Positions 1-11,985 of a DNA stretch of 64,000 nucleotides are shown one piece after another (within the stretch, counting starts at the first letter, position 1; every line of letters starts with the position of its first letter). This DNA comes from Octopus vulgaris. Taxonomy: Eukaryota. A program made the translations under genes and the position numbers. The notes under the pieces were generated by a model. The model saw only the letters and a program-made list of their open reading frames with translations, was not told the DNA's origin and searched no databases. Location: the NCBI GenBank assembly GCA_951406725.2, contig OX597822.1, forward strand, positions 116,312,001 to 116,376,000. The letters run 5' to 3'.

Positions 1-179
1 GATTGCTCAAGAGTTTCTTTTCTTTGTATTGTGTTAGTCCAGAGACGACAGTGCTATTGAATGTAAATCTTTGAAAGTAAGCATGGAAATGTATATATCC
101 ACAGCAAACTAAGTTTGAGAGGAAACTATGAGAAGCTCAAGCAAGACGAAATTATTTCTCATTGGTTGATTTGTATTCA

Positions 180-418
180 TGCTTTAGCATTTAAATTGGA
201 CAGAGTCTGGCCCAAATATTCTACCTGTTTCTTTTCTACCTGTTTTATTTTCAAACCAGCTGGATCTGGCCTCTTACATCTATCCTACAATGTCATTCTA
301 AAGATTAACAATCACTTCATCAAAGCCTCAAAACTGCAAGACAATGCTCGATTAATCCAAAACAATGGGAATAAATAAGCATAACATTTGACAGAGAAAT
401 CTAAATGCGAAAGAGCTG
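180..418. mobile_element. Degenerate piggyBac-type MITE (uninterrupted relative of 21053-21499)
   Basis: Shares CTTTAGCATTTAAA start, internal blocks (GATCTGGC, ATTCTAAA, GAATAAATAAGCATAA) and AAAG.G end with the TTAA-flanked element at 21053-21499. Confidence 0.5.
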
Positions 419-679
419 AGAAATATTTTCACGGTTCCTGGTTAAACACAGCCAGCATTCTGCAGATTTGAGGGTTCAGTCACAACCACTGATGATCTTC
501 ATATTCTACAGAACCAGATGTTTTTCAATAATCAGGTCTTTGTGTAACATTTAGTTTCACTTCATACAGGAATGGGGCTGTCCTAGATCAACTTCCCATA
601 AGCATTTCAAGGCTGAAACATCCAAATGTATTTTGAAGCTGAAAGCTTTTTCTTTCTTCATAGTTTGCTCAGTGACCTG

Positions 680-1080
680 AAATCAGACTGTGGCCATGCT
701 GGGGTACCATCTTGAAAGGTTTTGGTCAAACATATTAACCCCAGTACTCAATTTTTAGGGTCTGGTATATATTCTATCAGTCTCTTTTACCAAACCACTA
801 AGTTACAGGAACAGAAACAAACCAACACCAACTGCCAGGAGGTTGGAGTAGGGTGGCGGACAAATGCTAACTCAAAGACACACACACACACACATACATA
901 CATGCATGCATACATGTGATGAGCTTCCATACAGTTTTCATGTACCAAATCTAGTCATTAGACATTGGTCAGCCTGGGTCTATAGTAGAAAACACTTGCC
1001 CAATGTGCAGAGCAGTGGGACAGAACCTGAAACTATATGGTTACAAAGCAACCTCCTTAACCACACAGCCATGCTGGTAC
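680..1080 (-). mobile_element. SINE family A (tRNA head, central microsatellite), diverged
   Basis: Reverse-complement similarity to the well-preserved copy at 11048-11465. Confidence 0.75.
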
Positions 1081-1156
1081 CTATTTCCATAAAACAGCAA
1101 GCAATGCATATAAATTACACGTCTTCAGTGTTGTGTAAGTTTTCAAAGCTTAGTTT

Positions 1157-1308
1157 ATGATGGGGTGCAGAAAAGTTCCTGATTTGGGGTAAAAGAAAAT
1201 ACAGGAGGATCAGTTAATTACAATTTTATTCAACATATTCCCCTCTCAGAGACACACAGGCCTTTCACGATGCCCTTAAAGCCAGGAACTTTTCAACCAC
1301 CCCATCAT
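1157..1308. mobile_element. Mariner-type MITE
   Basis: TA-flanked inverted ends ATGATGGGGTG..GAAAAGTTCCTG / CAGGAACTTTTC..CACCCCATCAT; same family at 2037-2170, 39002-39221 and 63764-63963. Confidence 0.7.
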
Positions 1309-1514
1309 ATATATATATATATATATAATAATAAATATTAGGGAATAAATCCAAATTTACAGGGAAAAATCAGATTTAGGATTGAATCCAATTTTATAGC
1401 AAAATATTATATAATATTAATTAGAGACACATCCACTATTTTGCAAATCAAAAAAAGAAAGACTTAATCCAATACATAAAAAAATTTAATATAAATTAAA
1501 TAAAATTAAATTCG

Positions 1515-1560
1515 CCACTACAATTGTTTCGTGTCTCTTCTAAGGACATTCATCAGGTGG
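1515..1560 (-). ncRNA. Minimal type-I hammerhead ribozyme (C3:G8)
   Basis: Minus strand ccac-CUGAUGA-a-uguc..gaca-c-GAAA-c-aauu-GUA-gugg: stem I ccac/gugg, stem II uguc/gaca, palindromic stem III ACAAUUGU. Confidence 0.8.
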
Positions 1561-1570
1561 ATTTCAGATC

Positions 1571-1630
1571 CATGTACTAAATTTAGTTTCGGCTGTTATT
1601 TTCCACAAGGAAAAGTGCGGCCATCATCAT
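1571..1630 (-). ncRNA. Hammerhead motif, 5' stem I arm lost
   Basis: Minus strand (a)UGAUGA-u-ggccg..uuuucc-uugu-ggaaaa..cagcc-GAAA-c-uaaauuua-GUA-caug; the upstream arm is replaced by microsatellite. Confidence 0.6.
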
Positions 1631-1710
1631 ATATCTATATATATATACACACACATATATCTATATATATATACACACACATACACATATATATATATAT
1701 ATTTATTATA

Positions 1711-2035
1711 TTCTGTCCATCTATCATAGTTTAACATCTCATCAACTGACACAAAGCCACCTCCCTCAATACCACTCACACTCTCATTTGACAGGTCTTC
1801 ATCCTGCAAGTTACTTGGTGATCTCACTGATGCTGGTGCCACATAAAAATGTACCCTGTACACTCTGTAAAGTGGTTGCCTTTAAGAAGGGCATCCAGTT
1901 GTAGAGACCGTGCCAAGGCTAACAACAGAGCTTAGTGCAATCCATTCTGGCTCGTCAGCTCCTGTCAAACTGTCCAACCCATGCCAGCATGGAAAGAGGA
2001 CGTTAATTGATGACTGATAATGATGATGCTGATGA
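1711..2035 (+). mobile_element. RTE LINE 3'UTR copy (older subfamily)
   Basis: GTGCCACATAAAA..AAGGGCATCCAG..CCAACCCATGCCAGCATGGAAA..(GAT)n tail; closely related copy at 58881-59410. Confidence 0.75.
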
Positions 2036-2653
2036 TATATTCCTTTCTCAGATTCACACTTATTGCAATGGTCCTTAATTTTTTTCTAAGGCCTGCAAAA
2101 GAACTAGGCCTTTTGCAATACCCTTAAAGCCAGGAACTTTTCAGCCCCCACCCTCACCCCACCCCTCATACAGCAGATTTTGAGATGGTTGAGTAAAACA
2201 ATGCTTTCACTATATAGCAACTGATGAGAATCAATGATATTTGGCGCTGCAGGTGCATCTAGCATGTGAAGCAATTCCTTCTTCTGAGCTCTAAGCATCT
2301 GGAAATCTCAACAGCAAACACTAAGTCAGAAATTAATGCCGTTGACCTTCTAAACTTTCAACAGTGTCTTAATAAGGTTTCTGAAATTAGACTGTGATGT
2401 CATGGCCAGATGTAAAGATCATAAGGTTGGTGGTAAGAGGAATAGAATACAGTTTAGTTCAGTATCATCCCTCATTACATGGGCAGAAATTAGTGTTAGA
2501 GTGTGTGGAAATATTTGGTATGTCAAAGTATTTCTGTACATCCATTTTTAAATTGGTTAAAAAAAAAATGACACCCATTTTCAAAACAAGCAATTTTTCT
2601 GTGGAACAAAATTCAAGGGTACAACCCAGGTGCCAGTCAGCAAAGACAATATT

Positions 2654-3102
2654 GGTTTCAAATTTTGGTATGGGGCCAGCAATTTTGGGGTAAGGGTTAA
2701 GTCAATTTCATCAAGCCCAGTTCTGAACTGGTAATTATTTTATTGGCCCCCGCCAAAGGATGAAAGGTAAAGTTAACCTCACCAGAATTTGAACTCACAA
2801 TGTAACAATGGATGAAATGCTGCTAAGCAGTCTACCCAGCATGCTAATGATTCTGCCAGCTTGGCACCTTCAGCAAAGACAAAATATTCTTTTCTACTCT
2901 AAGCACAAGGACCAAAATTTGTGGGGAGGGGGCCAGTCAATTAGATCAACTCCAGTATGCAACTGGTACTTAATTTATCAACCTTGAAAGAATGAAAGGC
3001 AAAGTTGACCTCAGCGGAATTTGAACTCAGAATGTAAAGACAGACAAAATACCACTAAGTATTTCACCTGGCGTGCTAACGTTTCTGCTAGCATGCCACC
3101 CT
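2654..3102 (-). mobile_element. Two tandem SINE family B copies (2654-2870, 2889-3102)
   Basis: Both carry GAAAGGCAAAGTYGACCTC..GAATTTGAACTC-like blocks; target AGCAAAGACAA(AA)TATT occurs three times (2639-2653, 2872-2888, 3103-3119). Confidence 0.85.
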
Positions 3103-3391
3103 AGCAAAGACAAAATATTTGAACTGAATATGCAGTATGGAAAATTTTTTCACGATTCATCATAGCTCATTCTGTTGCTAAGATTGTCAAGGAAAAGCAG
3201 TTACCAGCCAAATAGAAAGGTTTCATGGTTCACACAAGATTAAGATAATTTGTTCATAGATGATTGTTTTAGTCCAGTAAAATCCACACCATGGCTTTCA
3301 TTTCCACCTCAGCTTAACATCCACAGATGATTGCTTGTGTCCACTTAACTAATTCCATATCACTATGGTGTGGATTTAATTATATAGTTAC

Positions 3392-3436
<45 letters not shown>

Positions 3437-5396
3437 AACACACATACACACACACATGCACACAAACATGCACACACACACACACAGACATTAGCCTTCT
3501 CACAATCATATAGCAGAGTAGTAAATATAAACGAAAATATTATATCAACCAAATGTAAATATTGAAAACAGAATGGAAAGTAAATATTAGTGGTGTTCTT
3601 GAACTAGCAAGGACAAATGCATACAATCACAAGCATACAAGTAGAAACAAACATACACACAGACTCAAACATATACAGACTCACACACATACAGACACAC
3701 GCATGCATGCATGTTTCCACACAAACACACACAAATTCACTTAGCCCCCAGGGCAACCAAAACTTGTAAGTACTGCAAAATGATATTAGATGCAGCTCTT
3801 TATGAGTTTAAAGATGTTAAAGGTTGAGGAGTATAAAGTTAATCTCCTGGAAAAGTTAGAGCAGATTATCTTTACATTCATACACGCAAATATATATATA
3901 TAGAAAGAATTTCCTGTATCGTATCAAAGAGCATGCAAATTAGCTGATGTTATAAAACAACATAATTCTATCAATATTCTAGTTCTGAAATAACTTCGGG
4001 CAGTTATAACCCCTAGACAGCAACGGCAAGACTATAAAATGCAAATAATTTTATTCGGCCAGGATATAAACATTGTAAAACAGCATAAATCATTCTGACC
4101 GGACTGAATGAGAATGGTACACAAATAGGTCGAGACACAGACCTTTCATTAACAGAAACCATATGCTCTCTGCAGAATTTCTAAACCCACACAAAAATTA
4201 TTTTACAGAAACTCTCAACCTCTTCACCATCCAATATATTTTTACATATAAAAACAAGCAGAGATGTGGATTCTGCAAACTGCAGCACAAGCAAATTGTG
4301 TAGGAGAGAAGTAACTCTCAATAAAGACTAATATTGAATAGAGCAGCATCTTTAGTTTATCTGCAAACAACCTCACAAATATTTTGGCAGGTTGTAAAGG
4401 CCATGTGGTAAAGTGGTTGGTGATAAGAAGGGTAGGCAATCCTAAAATAATGCCCAAAAATATGAAATACATACCAACAAAAACTGGCAGTTTTCACTAT
4501 TGCTGTAAGTGTCAAATGATGGTAAGATGCTATGAAACTTGTATAACTTTATGCCAACATGGGAAACAAAATGGACATTATATGTGATGATAATGTGGTT
4601 AGGGGGTTGCATTCATAATTGTTACATCATGGGTTCAATTCCTGGACCAGGCAGCATGTGTCCTTGAGCAAAACACTTCCATTTCACAGTGCTCTAGTGT
4701 TGTGTGGGAGCTAACATGTCAAAGAATAGACCCAACATTTCCTTTGCATGTTGTAAAAACTGACTAAAAGAGGTTGAGGTCAACCTCATAAAAACCCATA
4801 GCAGCAACGCCTACCCAAACGAACCCATGGGTTGGAGGGTTGTCACCTTAGTGGTGCAAAGATGTCATCCACCAGGAGTAAGGAATCACCAATAGATGGT
4901 GAATGTCAACAGTGCAAGCCCTCATACTAATACTACTACTACTGCTGCTGCAGCTGCCGCTACTACTACTATATGGGTTCAATCTCACCACATACCAACT
5001 GGAGCAAGTGTCTTCTACTAGAGCCTCAAGGCAACTCAAGACTTAGAATGAAATTCAGTAGATGGAAACTGTGTGGAAGCCCATCAAAAGGACTGTACCT
5101 GAAATTCTGATATCCAGCTTTTCCTCACACACACATACACACTGTGTCAAACTGATTCTGCCTAAGAATTATATCAAGCATACAAGTGCCATTGGAATAC
5201 TCAACCATTTACATTACTTATAATAGACTAAGTAAGCAGTTCAGTTGATCTAACAACTGGAAAACTAACAATAAAAACCAATGCAAGGGACCTTACATGT
5301 ATTGATTAATGTCTCACCCGTATAACACAAATGTTTTACAAACATTTATCTTGTTTTTACATACTGCAATGCTTCAAGCAAATTACAATACTCTTA

Positions 5397-5846
<450 letters not shown>

Positions 5847-5848
5847 CT

Positions 5849-6900
5849 CATCATCATCGTTTAACATTTACTTTCCATGCTGGCATGGGTTGGATAGTTT
5901 GACATGGAGCTGGCTAGTAGGGAGCTGTCCAGATTCCAACTGTCTGTTGTAACATGATTTCTCGGCATGGATGCTCTTCCTCACGCCAACCACTTAACAG
6001 AGAGTGCTGTGTGCTTTTTGCATGCCACCAGCACAGATGCCCTTTATGTGGCACTGGCCCCTGAAAGGACAAGCCAGGGCGATTTTACTGAGCTTGACAT
6101 GTCTTATCAAGTACAGCAAATCCCATCTCCCGGTCCCTTGTCATTTCTTCAGTGAGGCCCAGTAACTGAAGATCCTTTCTCACCACTTCATCCCATGTCT
6201 TCCTGGGTCCATCACTTCCACAATTAAAGCTCGGCCTTTCTTTACACAACTGTCCTCATCCATATGCATCACATGACCAAACCAGTGCAGTCTTCTCTCT
6301 TGCACACAACATTTCATGTCTCTTGTACCCAGTTCTCCTCATAAATCATTGACACTCGGTCATGTGTGCACACTGACAGTAACCCATCCAGCAGGGCATG
6401 CTAGCTTCACGTCTTTCAAACCTTCACAAGTCCTCTTTAGTCAAAGCTCATGCTTCACTGCCATTCACGGCTGTATGTACACAGGCATCATACAATTTGT
6501 CTTTTAGTCTGAAGGAGAGGCCTTTAGTTACCAACAAAGGTAGAAGCTCTCTGAACTTTGCCCAGCCTATTCTTATTCTAGCAACCACACTTTCAAAACT
6601 CTCTCCACCACTGCTAATTTGGTCTCCAAGGTCACAGTAGGTATTTATTACTTCTAATGATCCCCCACCCACAAGCATTTGAGGGAGCATTTTTAGTGCT
6701 TATTGTACCTGCACATTTGCCACACTCAAAGGCTGTATTCCCCATTAACCTTCCCATGACACCACTACACCTCTTATGTGTCTGAAGCTAGGACTGGGTA
6801 CAACACAGGGAGTGTCTACCAACACCCTTCTTACATATCGAGCAGGGCCATCTCCCAGAGGGGACTTGTGATTTGTCTATTTTTCTACTTACTTAAAACT
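5849..6900 (-). mobile_element. RTE-clade LINE, 5'-truncated: RT C-terminal region plus 3'UTR
   Basis: Minus strand encodes LEVINTYCDLGDQISSGG..RIRIGWAKFRELLPLL..KLYDACV and RPRKTWDEVV-like C-terminus, continuing directly into the GTGGCA..AAAAAGCAC / (GAT)n 3'UTR. Confidence 0.85.
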
Positions 6901-6911
6901 TACTATTTATA

Positions 6912-7130
6912 TTCTTTTATTCTTTTACTTGTTTCAGTCATTTGACTGCGGTCATGCTGGAGCACCACCTTTAGTCAAGTAAATCAACCCAAGGACTTAT
7001 TTTTTGTAAGCCTAGTACTTATTCTATCGGTCTCTTTTGCCGAACTGCTAAGTTACAGGGACATAAACACACTAGTATTGGTTTCCAAGCGATGTTGGGG
7101 TGATAAACACAGACACACAAACATACAAAC
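6912..7130 (-). mobile_element. SINE family A, 3' half
   Basis: Matches the tail of 11048-11465 (TTTTACTTGTTTCAGTCATTTGACTGCGG...). Confidence 0.85.
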
Positions 7131-7232
7131 ACAGACTTGTTTTATTTATATTTCCTGAGCGCCATACTAATACAATTGTTCGTTTGTTTTCCACCTGCCT
7201 TCGTCTTTTGTCTATTTTCATAAAGCTTCCCG

Positions 7233-7233
<1 letters not shown>
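7131..7233 (+). mobile_element. Penelope-like element tail (same family as 55239-55560)
   Basis: AGACTTGTTTTATTTATATTTCCTGAGCGCCATACTAATACAA..TTTTCATAAAGCTTCCCGTTATATA is the reverse complement of ~55235-55371. Confidence 0.75.
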
Positions 7234-7283
<50 letters not shown>

Positions 7284-7284
<1 letters not shown>

Positions 7285-7834
7285 GAGCAAAACATTCCCC
7301 CGTCCAATGGACGGTGCTGAGTTGTCAAACATTTAAACCAAATTTTCTCAGAACAACTTGTCCAACCGTCCCATAGGCCTCCCCTTTGAGAAACACTGAT
7401 TTAACCTAAATTTGAGACATTAGCAAAAGAAGAAATAAAGATAGATTTTTTTCTATTCCAAAGAAAAACGATTTTACTCACGCAAATATGCAACCAAAGA
7501 GTTTAAAGTACCAGTAATGATAAGGCTGTTGACTGGGAGGACACAAACATAGTTTAAACAGTAAGCTTGGCAGGAAAGAAACGTGCCTTTAAGCAGTACA
7601 AAAACAACAAAAAATGGAAGGTGCAGTTATGTACAGGTTGATGGAAGAAAAGCAGGACAAAAACGGTTTATCGATTGCATTCTCACTTGGAATCGATTTT
7701 TGTAATTTTTTCAAGACTTATACATGCCTCGATACCGTCGGTATCTACATATCAAATTTGAGCACAATCGGATGGAGGATGCCCGAGATCCTGGAAGACA
7801 CACACACAAACAGACAGAACGGATTTTATATAAT

Positions 7835-7835
<1 letters not shown>
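7284..7835 (-). mobile_element. Non-autonomous Helitron
   Basis: Minus strand starts ..TATATAAAATCCGTTCTGTCTG; 3' hairpin CCGTCC-n3-GGACGG (7300-7314) lies 12 nt before a CTCG (CTAG-like) terminus followed by T. Confidence 0.7.
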
Positions 7836-7895
<60 letters not shown>

Positions 7896-7904
7896 TATAT
7901 TTTG

Positions 7905-8275
7905 TTTGTTTGGCATCCTTTCTGTCTCGGGAGACAATGGAGTTGCGCATTTTTTTTTTTTTTAGGCCTAGTCCGGCTGTTATATTTTATTTCCTGTTAC
8001 ATTTGTTGCTGTGGCTGTGTAGTCCTATCCTGGACAAACACTCCCTCTGGCAGGTACTGCAAATGTAGCAAAGACTGTTCCTGGCTGGTTGTAGTGCCAT
8101 GGTCTCTTGTTTATGTCTCTTCCTTTCTTTCCATTTCTCCTCTCTTTTCTGTCACTCCTCTGTATACCCTCTTTTACTGTACGTCGCCATTCTCCACGGT
8201 TGACGGCGACTGCCTCCCAACCGCTAATGTTGATGTTGCAGGCCTTCATATCCCTTTTGCAAACATCCTTGTAAC
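7905..8275 (-). mobile_element. RTE (BovB-like) LINE 3' fragment
   Basis: YKDVCKRDMKACNINISGWEAVAVNRGEWRRTVKEG, then a C..C..SRIGLHSH type C-terminus and a short 3'UTR. Confidence 0.8.
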
Positions 8276-8333
8276 ATCCTTGTAACATATATATATATAT
8301 GTTTTGCAAACATCCTTGTAACATCCTTGTAAC

Positions 8334-8368
<35 letters not shown>

Positions 8369-8369
8369 C

Positions 8370-8581
8370 GTTTGCCAGCTCCGTCTGGCACCTGTGCGGG
8401 TGGCACGTAGAAAGCACCCACTACACTCACGGAGTGGTTGGCGTTAGGAAGGGCATCCAGCCATAGATACACTGCCAGATCTGACTAGGCCTGATGCAGC
8501 CTTCCGGCTTCACAGACCACAGTTGAACCATCCAACCCATGCTAGCATGGAAAACGGACGCTAAATGATGATGATGATGAT
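8370..8581 (+). mobile_element. RTE LINE 3'UTR copy
   Basis: GTGGCACGTAGAAAGCACCCACTACAC..GTTGGCGTTAGGAAGGGCATCCAG..(GAT)n. Confidence 0.85.
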
Positions 8582-8588
8582 ACATATA

Positions 8589-9332
8589 CTAGCTGGTGTA
8601 CCCGGTAATTCCCAGGGGTAAAGATGTTCTATTGAAACGCCTTATTACTCTGGTATAAGAAAGCAATTTCGTTATAACTGCCCCAAAAGGTGTATTTTCC
8701 ATTGCGTAAAAGTACAAAAAACTGTTGGCTGGAGGAGGGAGAGATTGTTGGAGGTTGGCAAGAGAGGTTTTCAGAGGTTGGCGAGAAAGTACTGTGACTC
8801 GTTGTGGCATTTTAAAGGTAAACTTTATGAAGAGTGTAATAATAAGGTTCACACTCACTGATGGTCACCCTCAGTAACTGCCGTTAGCTGACAGAGTTCT
8901 TGTTTTTATAACTATTTGAAAAACAGCCCGAAGAATACACATATTGTTGAGAACAAATGATTTTGTTGGAGGTCCGTTATCTACATTCCACCCCTGGTGG
9001 TCTAGAAGATGTTAGAAGGGTCAAGTAGCAAAGACATTATTTTGCTTAGCGAAAGCTTCTGGGAAATGTATAACAGCTGCCATTCACAGAAAAACTATTG
9101 TTTCACCATGAGAAAAGTGCTGTTGAAGTGTTAAGTGAAATTTGGCAATCAAGGATCAAATCCACGCTATGCCTGCATGAAGCCACTACAAATACGTTGT
9201 GGAATAAGAAATTTATGTACTGTCATCGGAAAAGTGTAACTGTGAAAATGTAGTGTAAAAGTGTCGGTAAAAATAAATTTGATATGAAATAAAGTGCCTC
9301 CATATACACAGCGTTTTGTATAAGACAAGAGA
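8589..9332 (-). mobile_element. Non-autonomous Helitron
   Basis: Minus strand A|TCTCTTGTCTTATACAAAA 5' end; imperfect GC hairpin at 8601-8618; terminal CTAG|T at 8592-8589. Confidence 0.65.
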
Positions 9333-10327
9333 TCCTCAAGCCCAAACATGAGGACAGCTAAGGCATTACAACATGGATGTTCTTCAAATGTACTGTGGTA
9401 TTAATATCAGCACTGGCATCATCATCACCATCACTACTAACTTCATTCTTATTTCTCTTGTATTCTCCTGCTTCTCGTTGTGCATTCCTAATTTGATCAG
9501 TCTAAACCAATATTCCAGTTCCATTCCTTGCAATAAGAGTAGTGCTGTTTCCAGCTTGCATCACAAATTTTGTAATTTCAGATGTAGAATTATTCTTCTG
9601 ATATCATTCCATACCCATCAATAGTCAAGAGTACGTAAATCTGACATCACATTAATGCAGAAAGATTTTGTAATCTACAAGCAGGAGAAATAGTGTAACA
9701 AGTGAGTAATAGTCAGGAGGGAAAATTATTTGAGTGAGGGGAGAACACCTTTGATCTCATTTCAATTGTTTGTACAATGCAAACAGCAATTCCATTCAAT
9801 TGCAGGTTATATGAAATTCTCTTATGAGAAATGTTACCAATTTTCTTAAGTTAAGTACACAGAAAAATCAACTATTATCAGCAACAATTCTATACTACTA
9901 ATACAAGCACGATGTATGTGCACTGAAGTCCATTGTTCTAAATCTTTAGACCATGAATGAAGTCTGTTTTCTGGTAAATTTTTGATTTCACAACATTTAA
10001 AACATCAGTGAATGTAGCCTTATACACATGTCAATAACCAGGTCACCATGCTTCAAGTTTGTGACGATTTCATGTAGCAGAATAGCCACAGCAGACACCA
10101 TTATGAATATACTTCTTTTACCATTTTGTCTCCTGAATACTTTAGACAGAACATTGAGCTCTCAACTGCAAAGTATACTGTTTCCAGAATAAATCTATGT
10201 ATGACGTGCTTATAAGGTTTTTCAGCATTGGAGCAGTTAAAGTATTTCTTTTTAATTCTGAAAATATTTATTTTAATTCTGAAAATAATTTCCCTTCATG
10301 AAATATTTTCCAAAGCTATGCTATCAA

Positions 10328-10495
10328 GCTAATGAGCTGATAAAATTGTTAGCATGCTGCGTGAAATGCTTAGCAGTATTTCATCCATCCTTACGTTCTG
10401 AGTTCAAATTCCACCAAAGTTGACTTCGCCTTTCATCCTTTCTGGGTTGATAAAATAAGTACCAGTTGAGTAATGGGGTTGATGTAATCAGTTTA
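10328..10495 (+). mobile_element. SINE family B, 3'-truncated
   Basis: GAGTTCAAATTCC B-box followed by GCCTTTCATCCTTT..GATAAAATAAGTACCAG. Confidence 0.75.
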
Positions 10496-11047
10496 ACTGC
10501 TCCTGGGTAAGAGTATAAAAACTGAACCCTTATTCCAAACCATGTTGAGCTAGCATGGCAGAGTAGACTAATCGAACCAGTATTATCTCAAGCTCAAAAT
10601 TCACAGTCTCCACAGTAAACTGTGGTTAGTGGAGAGAACATGCAGAGGCTTTCACCCCACATTGCACTTAACGTAGACAATCCAATCCCAAATCCTATCA
10701 AGACACAACACATTAGTTTCTATACAGTAAATAAAATATATTAACAGAATGAGAATCATAAGGTTGTTGTCAACTTTATGATACTAGGGAATGAAATTTC
10801 CATTAACATGTTGAATATCAGTTAAATACTGTCAGTTGTAGCAGAATAATTTACGAAAATATAACTCTTGAAATTTCCTTGTGTAGATGAAAAACAAATA
10901 AATGAAATGCAACAATGATCAAATCTTAAGAACTTACTTCCAAGTAAAAAATAAATGTTCACTGTGGTTGTAGTGTATGCAATTACTGAAGTTCCCTTTT
11001 CAATGCCTGAATGAATTAAATTCAACAGTGATTAATTTTCTTTATAG

Positions 11048-11465
11048 ATGTGGCTGTGTGGTAAGTAGCTTGCCTACCAACCACATGGTTCCGGGTTCAG
11101 TCCCACTGCGTGGCACCTTGGGCAAGTGTCTTCTACTATAGCCTCGGGCCGACCAAAGCCTTGTGAGTGGATTTGGTAGACGGAAACTGAAAGAAGCCCG
11201 TCGTATATATGTATATATATATATATATATGTGTACGTTTGTGTGTCTGTGTTTGTCCCCCTAGCATTGCTTGACAACCGATGCTGGTGTGTTTATGTCC
11301 CGTCACTTAGCGGTTCGGCAAAAGAGACCGATAGAATAAGTACTGGGCTTACAAAAGAATAAGTCCCGGGGTCAAGTTGCTCGACTAAAGGCGGTGCTCC
11401 AGAATGGCCGCAGTCAACTGACTGAAACAAGTAAAAGAGTAAAAGAATAAAAGAGTAAAAGAGTA
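11048..11465 (+). mobile_element. SINE family A, near full length (reference copy)
   Basis: A-box-like TGGCTGTGTGG, B-box-like GGTTCAGTCCC, CORE-like CACCTTGGGCAAGT, central (TA)/(TG) tract and (GTAAAAGA)n tail. Confidence 0.9.
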
Positions 11466-11720
11466 GGTATCCATCAGTCTCAAGAGGCCATGGATCTGTG
11501 CCAAAAGAAATCGTGTCAGCTGCTGATGGTGGTGCAGTATCTGTTGTGGCTGTACAGGCCTACACGGGAATGGCAGTCACGCATACAACAACTGCATTGG
11601 AAGCAGCTCTCTGCCGGCACTGCTCGATTTTCCTTCCATCAACTGTGCTTTTCTTTGGAGGCGAGTTTCTGTTTTTCTTTCGCTCACTTCATCCTCTTTC
11701 TTTCAGTATTTGTCTCTTCA
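11463..11720 (-). mobile_element. RTE (BovB-like) LINE 3' fragment
   Basis: Minus strand encodes FQCSCCMRDCHSRVGLYSHNRYC, the C-terminal C2H2-like motif; its 3'UTR resembles that at 7905-7950. Confidence 0.75.
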
Positions 11721-11749
11721 TAAATAAAGCACTGGTTAATAATGGTAAA

Positions 11750-11985
11750 GTTACCTTCTTGAGTCATGGCAACTCATAGGCACTGGTTTCCTGGTTTCAT
11801 GGCAGATATATTTTCCACCTGGTTCGTCACAGGATTACTCACGTTTTTGCCAGTTGAGTGGACTGGAGCAATGTGAAAGGAAGTCATTTCGCTCAGGAAC
11901 ACAAAGCATCACCCAATCCAGGAATCAAAACCACAATCTTACAATCATGAGTCTGACACCCTAACCACTAAGCCACGCGCTTCCA
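11750..11985 (-). mobile_element. SINE family D (tRNA head)
   Basis: Minus strand GCGCGTGGCTTAGTGGTTAGG A-box, degenerate B-box GGTTTTGATTCC, then CACATTGCTCCAGTCCACTC; other copies at 4590-4700 (+) and 63605-63762 (-). Confidence 0.8.

Larger units (their letters stand above)
1330..1630 (-). mobile_element. Short non-coding Penelope-like element with two tandem hammerhead motifs
   Basis: Flanked by (TA)n on both sides; two HHR motifs at its 5' end; AT-rich tail is similar to 31721-31770. Confidence 0.6.

Noticed and set aside
2180-2400. Exon-like patch (ORF 2104-2298 minus) and similar at 430-650
   Set aside because: More consistent with highly decayed RTE C-terminal sequence; no supportable exon.
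11048-11115. tRNA-like A/B boxes here and in the other SINE heads
   Set aside because: No complete cloverleaf, and they continue into SINE bodies, so they are not called tRNA genes.
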